The notes beneath the pieces are model-generated. The model ran no database searches. It had not been told where the DNA came from and saw only the letters and a program-made list of their open reading frames with translations. The position numbers and the translations under genes were made by a program. This document shows positions 52,301 to 61,300 of a stretch of DNA of 64,000 nucleotides, one piece after another. Source of the stretch: Leucoraja erinacea (taxonomy: Eukaryota); assembly GCF_028641065.1 (NCBI RefSeq), contig NC_073405.1, forward strand, positions 12,648,001 through 12,712,000, given 5' to 3'. The stretch's first letter is position 1. Every line of letters starts with the position of its first letter.

Positions 52301-55300
52301 ACGTCATAACTACATTGGGACCTTATCTTCTGGAGAGCAACAGTCTCTATGTTGATGGTACGAATTGCTTACTGCTTTACACAATACTGTAGATTTATTC
52401 AGGAATTTCAGTGGATGTGTATGTGTTCACAGCTACTGGGCAAACAATGGGGATTTTAATGTTGCTGTTGTTTTGTCAACGAACGAAGAAATAGGTGACG
52501 TTTCGGGTCCAGACCCTTCTTCAGATTGATGTGGAGGTGGGGNNNNNNNNNNNNNNNNNNNNNNNNNNNNNNNNNNNNNNNNNNNNNNNNNNNNNNNNNN
52601 NNNNNNNNNNNNNNNNNNNNNNNNNNNNNNNNNNNNNNNNNNNNNNNNNNNNNNNNNNNNNNNNNNNNNNNNNNNNNNNNNNNNNNNNNNNNNNNNNNTC
52701 CACCCGAAACGTCACCTATTTCCTTTGCTCCTTACATGCTGCCTCACCGGCTGAGTTTCTCCAGCATTTTTGTCTACCTTTGATTTTTCCAGCATCTGCA
52801 GTTCTTTCTTAAACATAGTATGAGTTATAGGTTATTACAGAAAGTTCTGACTAATTAAACTTTGGCTTCTCTTTTCAGACTACAATGAATCAACACCTCC
52901 ATCTGGTGAGTATGTTTACTATGGGTTTTAATTGTTAATAACTCTACAACTTATCTACAATTTTGATTATTTAAATGTTGTGCTTTCTTTGTAATTCTGC
53001 AAACTAGATTTCTAAGATTACCTGCATTGGGACATTACATTCCTTTCTCAGCTCCGTGCTGCTAAGACTCCCATGCATACCTATGTTGGTCCTATTCCAA
53101 TCTAATCACACATCCCTCCTGACTAGCCTTCCTTATTCCAATCTCTGTAATTCCAAGGTTTGCCACACCTCTGCTGTCATTGTCTTCACTGAGATCCACA
53201 TTATTGCTGCCTCTGCATTGCTCTTGCTTTGCAACGCTTCAATTTAAATGTTGTCGCTTGCTTTCGAAGCACCCCAAGGTCTCACCCTCTCCAGAACCTG
53301 CTGCCCTTTAATCCCCCACAATTCTTCCCTCCTCTTCTTCTGGTTTATGCCAGTGTGATTGGTCCCCTGATCTGTAATGCCTTTGCAGCAGAGCTCTGAA
53401 GTTCTAGAATTCCTTCCCAAAACCTCTCTTCCTCTCTATTCCCATGAGGCACATCCTGCAATCTACGTTTTACTTCAAACCTTTAAATGCTTATTCTGAT
53501 ATATTCATGGGATTTATGTCAAATGTTCTTTCTTTGATGCTCATGAAATGCTTTGGGACATCTTGCAAGATTAAATATGTAATGCAAATAATTATCGCTG
53601 ACGTTATGGCTCCTCTTAACGCTGAGAAAACGTGTATTATTCTAATTTAAATGTTGGAAAAATTAGGTATGGATTTGTGACTTTTGCTTGATTTAAACAT
53701 TCTAAATGGAACAATGAATGGATGAGCAATATTTTGACTTCCTCAAATGATTGTTCATTTTCTCTTTCTTTGCTACTACAGAACCAATTGGAAAAGTAAT
53801 ACCTGGGTTTAATGTGACATTCATTATAACAAGTCTGACATACACTGCAGCTTTTAATGACCCCTCATCACTGTTGTACCAATCGGCATCGCAATCTGTT
53901 ATTTTGAAGGTAGTGCATCAAAGTATTCTTTATCAGAATAATTTGACAATTATTTAATATAGTCTTCTAACTGAAAAAATGCGAATACCTTCCTTGCAGC
54001 TCAAAAACACTTTCGAGAACAGTGATATAGCGTCAGCATTTACAGGCTGCAAAGTAATTACTTTGAGGTAAGTTATATAACGTTGCCTTTATTCTTCACG
54101 TTATTTGCATTATTTATGTGCACAAAATCTTTTACCTAGGGAAGAGGAATTAAGAACCAGAGAACATGGGTTTAAGATGAAATGGGAAAGATTTAATGGG
54201 AACCTGAGGGGCAACATTTTCACTCAGAGGACGGTCGGTATATGGAATGAGCTGCCAGAGGAGGTAGTTGATAAAATACCAACATTCCACTAGAATTTCC
54301 TAAAAGATTCTATTGCATTGTGTATAATATAGTTGATTAAAATAAATATTGTTCAAACTATTTTAAGCATTGGCTTGCATCGTGACAATATAAGGAGCCG
54401 GTTTATAAAGTGGTGCAATCTCCACTTTTAAGTCACAGTACCTGTCATGTTTCATGTACATGAACATTTTATTTTTGACAGTGCTGCAAATAATCAGGGG
54501 ACTGGCGTGTATGCTATTTGTTCCTTCAACAATACTTCTGCAGCAGAGAATGTGGACAGAGTTATTGTGCACCGCCAGTTCAGTTACACCACGCGGAACA
54601 TCACCAAACTTGGACAATATCTTCTGGATCCAAATAGTCTCTATGTAAACGGTACGAACTGTATAATTATTTCACATAGTACTGCAGAATTCATAACAAA
54701 ACCTGATCAGCAACTTGTGTTCACTCAATCTGTATTCTGTTTTTGTAATGTTATCTTTAAAGTGAAATCACTTGAAAATAGCTTCCCCATTGGGAATTTG
54801 GTACTACATTTTTTTCTTTTAATTTTGTAACAAAGGTACAAAGTTCTTCTTGATTTGACAGGCATAAAAAATACAGGAAGTATTTCATATCAGGTTCAAA
54901 AAAGCTCCAATTAATTTATCATTGCTATCATCTTTTCAGGTTACCACAAATCAAATGAGCCAAAGGGTGAGTATGATTTCAGGCGTCTTTTCTTTTTTAC
55001 TCCTTCTTAAATAGTATTCCTGATTAATTTAACACAGCATTTAGCATCTCTTATAGTTCCATAATCAATTGAATGCTTGTTACCTTGCATTCAGAACAAT
55101 TATTCAGAAAATAAGTTGAAATTTTCTATTATTTTCTATTTCCATTTCATGTTTTCTATTGCCTGATTTCTTACATGATTTTTGCAAAAACGGCAATGCA
55201 ATAAGGTTATTAATTTCATCTTTCTTTCTTTTTGGCAGATTTTCCAAATAGAAGTCAATTTCCTACTCTATTTAACGTGACCTTTACTGTAACGAATTTG

Positions 55301-58300
55301 CCCTACGTTAATGCACTTCATACCCAGACATCGCCTTTGTACCAATCAGCTGTGCTAACAATTACTCATCAGGTAATCAACGTAATATTCATTGAAATTA
55401 TTTAATCATCATTTAATATAGTCAGCTCACTGAAAATTATCTTTCTTGCAGCTCACTACCTTGTTTAATAACAGTGATATAACTTCAGCATTTATTGCCT
55501 GCAACACGAGGTCCTTAAGGTGAGAATTATTCAATGTTTTCCTCATTGTTTCCTGAAGCAATCTATGACAGAGGGATTAATCAGGAATTTCGTTCTTCAC
55601 TCAATATTTCCCTCTACAGAAATATAATTTTGCTTCATTTCTCTGACCTTGGCCAATATATTTGAATTGATTTCTGTTTTAAGTGGTTGATCCCTTCTGT
55701 TAATGCCTGGTTACTTTAGAATCAATTATCATTTATGGTTTCACTTCCCATCAAATTAAAATCTATAACTTCAAACTATTTTATGAGTTGGTAGACAAAA
55801 GTGCTGGAGAAACTCAGCGGGTGCAGCAGCATCTATGGAGCGAAGGAAATAGGCAACGTTTCGGGCCAAAACCCTTCTTCAGACTCCAGTCTGAAGAAGA
55901 ATTTCGGCCCGAAACGTTGCCTATTTCCTTCACTCCATAGATGCTGCTGCATCCGCTGAGTTTCTCCAGCATTTTTGTCTACCTTCAATTTTCCAGCATC
56001 TGCAGTTCCTTCTTAAATATTATATGAGTTGGTTCCTTTATACAATTTCAAATTGACACCACTCACTATTGAATTCAAAGACTAACATGTGCGCCCCTAC
56101 CCCTTCTCATTTTCCTGTGCCCCACCCTATTTGCTTACCTATTTCCCACCCCATTTTCACCTCCTGTTCTTCCATTCCCTTCCAACTATATCCCTCCCTC
56201 TGGCTTTACACTTCATCTTCTCTGCTTCTTACATGATACCAGTTTGTCTCTTCACCTCTAGCCTTTGTTGCTTACTACGATCTGTCACTTAAAACGCCCT
56301 CATCAAGATCCATTATCACTTGCCAGGCTTTGTCCCACTCCACTTCTCTTTTCCAGATTTCTTCCCTCTACTCCAATCAGTCTGAATGGTCCCAACCCAA
56401 AATGTCACCAATCCATTCTCTCCACAGATGTTGCCTTCATAACAAGAGGAGTTGAGTATAGGAGCAAAGAGGTCCTTCTGCAGTTGTACAGGGCCCGAGT
56501 GAGACCACACCTGGAGTATTGTGTGCAGCTTTGGTCTCCAAATTTAAAGAAGGACATTCTTGCTATTGAGGGAGTGCAACGTAGGTTTACAAGGTTAATT
56601 CCTGGGATGGCGGGACAATCATATATTGATAGAATGGAGCGGCTGGGCTTGTATACTCTGGAGTTTAGAAGGTTGAGAGGGGATCTTATTGAAACATATA
56701 AGATTATTAAGGGATTGGACATGCTAGAGGCAGGAAACATAATCCCGATGTTGGGGGAGAACCAGGGGGCACAGTTTAAGAATAAGTTGCAAGCCATTTA
56801 GAACGAAGATGAGGAAAATCTTTTTCACACAGAGGGTTGTGAATCTGTGGAATTCTCTGCCTCAGAAGGCAGTGGAGGCCAATTCTCTGGATGCTTTCAA
56901 GAGAGAGTTAGATAGAGCTCGTAAAGATAGCGGAGTCAGGAGATATGGTGAGAAGGCAGGAACGGGGCACTGAATGTTACTGATGAGCCATGATCACAAT
57001 GAATGGCGGTGCTGGCTCGAAGGGCCGAATGGCCTATTTTTGCACCTATTGTCTATCGCCTGACCTGCTAAATTACTCCAGCAAGTTGGCTTTTGCTCAA
57101 AATTCAGCATCTGCAGTTTGTTGTGTCTTACATTAAAATTTCTTTTGTTTCGCAGCACTGCACGCATGATGATGACCAAAGTGTATGCTCTTTGCTCCTT
57201 CAATTCCATTTCTACAGAGAATGAGGACAGAATTATCATATACCATCAATTCCGTTACAACACACGAAACATCACTATTTTGGGAGCATATTCCCTGGAT
57301 AACAACAGTCTCTATGTAAATGGTATGAAATATCTGGTCATTTTTCATTAGAAAAAGAAATCAGTTTGTAACCTCCGTGTGCTCCTGTTCTCATGTGACA
57401 GGGTTGAGTCACAGTGAAAAAGAAGTAGTCTATTCCCTCCCTGACCCTGTTCCAACATTCAAAGAGATCCTGGCTAATCGGTGACCTAACTCCGTGTCAT
57501 ACCTGTCTATAATGTTATCCATGTCAGATTTAGAGTTAGAATTCACTTGGTCAATTGTTAGAAAAGGATCCCAGATTTCATTCTCATTTAATTTTGATTT
57601 TTTACCAATTTCTCTCCTGAATGGGCCAGGCCTATTTCTTAAACAACATCCCTCAATTCGAGGCACTCTAGCCACCAAAAGCATTTCCTATCTATTCCAT
57701 TAGTTCATCCAACTATCTAGAAAATGTCAATCAAATTAAACCTTACCATTTCAGTTTTCAGTAGGTAAACTAACTGTAGGAATCCTAATAGCATTCCAAT
57801 AAACTTATGTTATTCTTTCACCAAGAACAACATATCTTTCCCAGGGTGAAGACCCTAGAACTGTTTTCAAAACTCTTGTTGTAGTCTAACCATAGATTTG
57901 CCCAATGTAGCACGATCCCTTGTGGAGTGGACTGAAGTCTGAAGAAGGATCTCGACCCGAAATGTCGGCAATTCCTTCTCTCCATGGTTGCTGCCTCACC
58001 TGCTGAGTTACTCCAGCATTTTGTGTCTACCTACAATCCCTTGTGGTCTCGTTCTCTGCATTTAAAGCATGCGCATCATGAGACGTACCTATTTATTTTC
58101 CGTTCTTGTCAAGGATCAACGTTCTTCAACAACAAAATATTTTAGAATCCCAATTACAAATTCTAGATAAAATGTATTTGGCAAACTGATGATGCTATAG
58201 GTTGACAATTATCTGGATCTGATGACCAGAGTTGTGGGATTTCAAAGAACGTGGTAACAGAGCGAGGGACCTTTGAATTTACCATGGTTCCCTGGAATCT

Positions 58301-61300
58301 GAGGAGGACCCAGAGGACTGGAACACCGCAGATGTAATGTCACAGTTCAAGAAAGCAAGAAACTATATGTCAGTTTGCTTAACAACTGACAAAGGGAAAA
58401 TTTTGGAATCCATCATTAAGAACCAAATAGTCTGACAATGGAGAATCTGTAGATTTCCTACCTCCTTTAGACTGAAAATCATCTGTATTTTCTGCCATCA
58501 TTTTTCTCACCAATTAAAACAGTAAACTTCAATTTATTATCAGTATCTGTGTCAGTTGTTGATTTTCAAATGTGTTCAATTTATCTTGTTTCTTAGAAAC
58601 CGTGATCCATAGCTTTTTGTTCACGTTTTTTAAGCTCCGATTTCAATATAATTATTATGCAAACATTTTCCTGGCATTTAATTCTGCTATACTATTGTTT
58701 TTCAGACTACCATGAATCAGCTTTTCCACTCAGTAAGTACAATTCATTAGTCCTTTTTCTCTTTTGCCATTTGAACATTATGCTTCATTTTCAATACTTA
58801 TCTGACATTCAGTTAGATCATGGCTGATTACTATCTCAACTCCATTCACATTGTTTTTAATGATCTCTCTTCATTAGAAACATAGAAAATAGATGCAGGA
58901 AGAGGCCATTCGGCCCTTCGAGCCAGCACCGCCATTCATTGTGATCATGGCTGAGCATCCCCTATCAATAACCCGTGCCTGCCTTCTACCCATATCCCTT
59001 GACTCCACTAGCCCCTAGAGCTCTATCTAACTCTCTCTTAAATCCATCCAGTGACTTGGCCTCCACTGCCCTCTGTGGCAGGGAATTCCATAAATTCACA
59101 ACTCTCTGAGTAAAAAAGTTTTTTCTCACCTCGGTCTTAAATGACCTCCCCTTTATTCTAAGACTGTGGCTGCAATGTGTGTTAATGGATTAGGGAGAAC
59201 CATTTATTGTGTGGTTCTTTATAGTTTTCCACCCCATTAACATATTTTTCTCTTTGACAAGGGGTTTCACCCTCATTTAGAGCCGAAGACCCACACCAAC
59301 CAACATGTCCCACCTACATTAGTTCCACCTGCTTGCATTTGGCCCATAACCCTCTAAACCTGTCCTATCCATGTACCTGTCTGGCATAGGCTCATACAGC
59401 ATGGAAATGGGCTCTTTGGTGCAACTCGTCCATGCCGACCAAGCTGGTCTCATTTGGTCAATAACCTTTCCTATCCATGTACCTGTCCAAACCAAAATGT
59501 ATTTTAAATATTGTTATTGTACCTGCCTCAACTATTCCTCTGGCAGCTCATTCCATGTACGCACCACCATCCGTGTGAAAAAGCTAATAAATGGATCTCC
59601 TCTCATCTTCAATCTATGCCTTCTTGTTTTTGAGTCCCCGAGTCTGGGAGAAAGACTGTGCATAATTTTGCTTTGGCACGATATAAGAAGTTGTGTATGG
59701 TGACAGAGAATGGTAACCCATGTAGTGATATTGCCAAACACTCAACTCGACCCGAAACGTCACCCATTCCTTCTATCCAGAGATGCTGCCAGTCCCGCTG
59801 TTACTCCAGCTTTTTGTGTCTATCTCCTTTTCTTAATTTCTCATATGCTTTGAACAGTGTGGCTTCTGAAAAGTATGACCCCTTGTGGTGTCCCAGTATA
59901 GAAACTTGCAGAGTAAGATTCAATAGCTCTGAAAGGTGATCAGCAACAAGTTAAGCAGGCAGCACCAAAACAGCGCACAGGAGCACAATTGTACAACATA
60001 AATAAATCATAAACACGTACCCTTCTTATTTACATATACTGAAGTTGGCAGGCAGTAAACCTGACAAAACCTGACCCGCTGAGTTACTCCAGCATCTGAC
60101 CCGCTGAGTCACTCCAGCATTTTGTGTTTACCCTGACAAAACTATACATTGTTAAACCTTTGAAATTGTTGCACATTGAACGTTTGTTTTGTGATTTTTG
60201 TTGTTGTTATTTTTATCTGCTTAAGTGGCTTAATACCTATCTGTAGCAACGCAATGTACTTTTCTTTGTTGTCCACCTTATGGTCAGTGGTTGAGACATA
60301 GTTAAAATTTTACTATATATATTGTTCAATTTTACTCTTTAATTAGTATTATTATTTTTTAATTTCTATTTGCCTGCACATTCATATGTGTGTTGTATGC
60401 AGGAATTAATGCTCTTCCCATTTCCATGCATCATCTGAGCTAATCATCTAAAGGCTACATAAACAAAGATACATAGAAAATAGGTGAAGGAGTAGGTCAT
60501 TCGGTACTTCAAGCCACCAATGCCATTCAATGTGATTATGGCTGATCATCCACAATCAATACCCTGTTCCTGCCTTCTCCCCATATCCCTTGATTTCGCT
60601 AGCCCTTGGAGCTCAATCCAACTCTCTTTTGAATGCATCCAGTGAGTCGGCCTCCACTGCCTTCTGAGGCAGAGAATTCCACAAATTCACAATTCTCTGG
60701 GTGAAAAAGTATTTCCTCATCCCCGTTCTAGGCCTATCTCTTATTCTTAGTTCTAGACTCCCCCAACACCGTAAACATGTTTCCTGCATCTTGCATGTCC
60801 AATCCCTTAATAATTTTCTATGTTTCTATAAGATCCCCTCTCATCCTAAATTATAGTGCTTACAAGCCCAGTCGTTTCATTCTTTCATCATACGACAGTC
60901 CCGCCATCCCAGGAATTAACCTCGTAAACCTACGCTGGACTCCCTCAATATCAAGGATGTCCTTCCTCAAATTAGGAGACCAAAACTGCACACAATATTC
61001 CAGGTATGGTCTCACCAAGGCCCTGTACAACTGCAGAAGGACCTCATTGCTCCTATACTCAAATCCTCTCATATGAAGGCTATCATGCCATTAGCTTTCT
61101 TCACTGCCTGCTGTACCTTCATGCTTACTTTCAGTGACTGATGTACAGGGGGCATCCAGGTCTTGTTGCACTTCCCCTTTTCCTATTTCAGATTCAGATA
61201 ATAATCTGCCTTCTTGTTCTTGCCACCAAAGAAGATAACCTTACATTTATCCACATTATACTGCATCTGCCTGCTCACCTAATCTATCCAAGTCGCCCTG

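Noticed and set aside
52495-52812. ORFs spanning the N run
   Set aside because: Artefacts of the gap.
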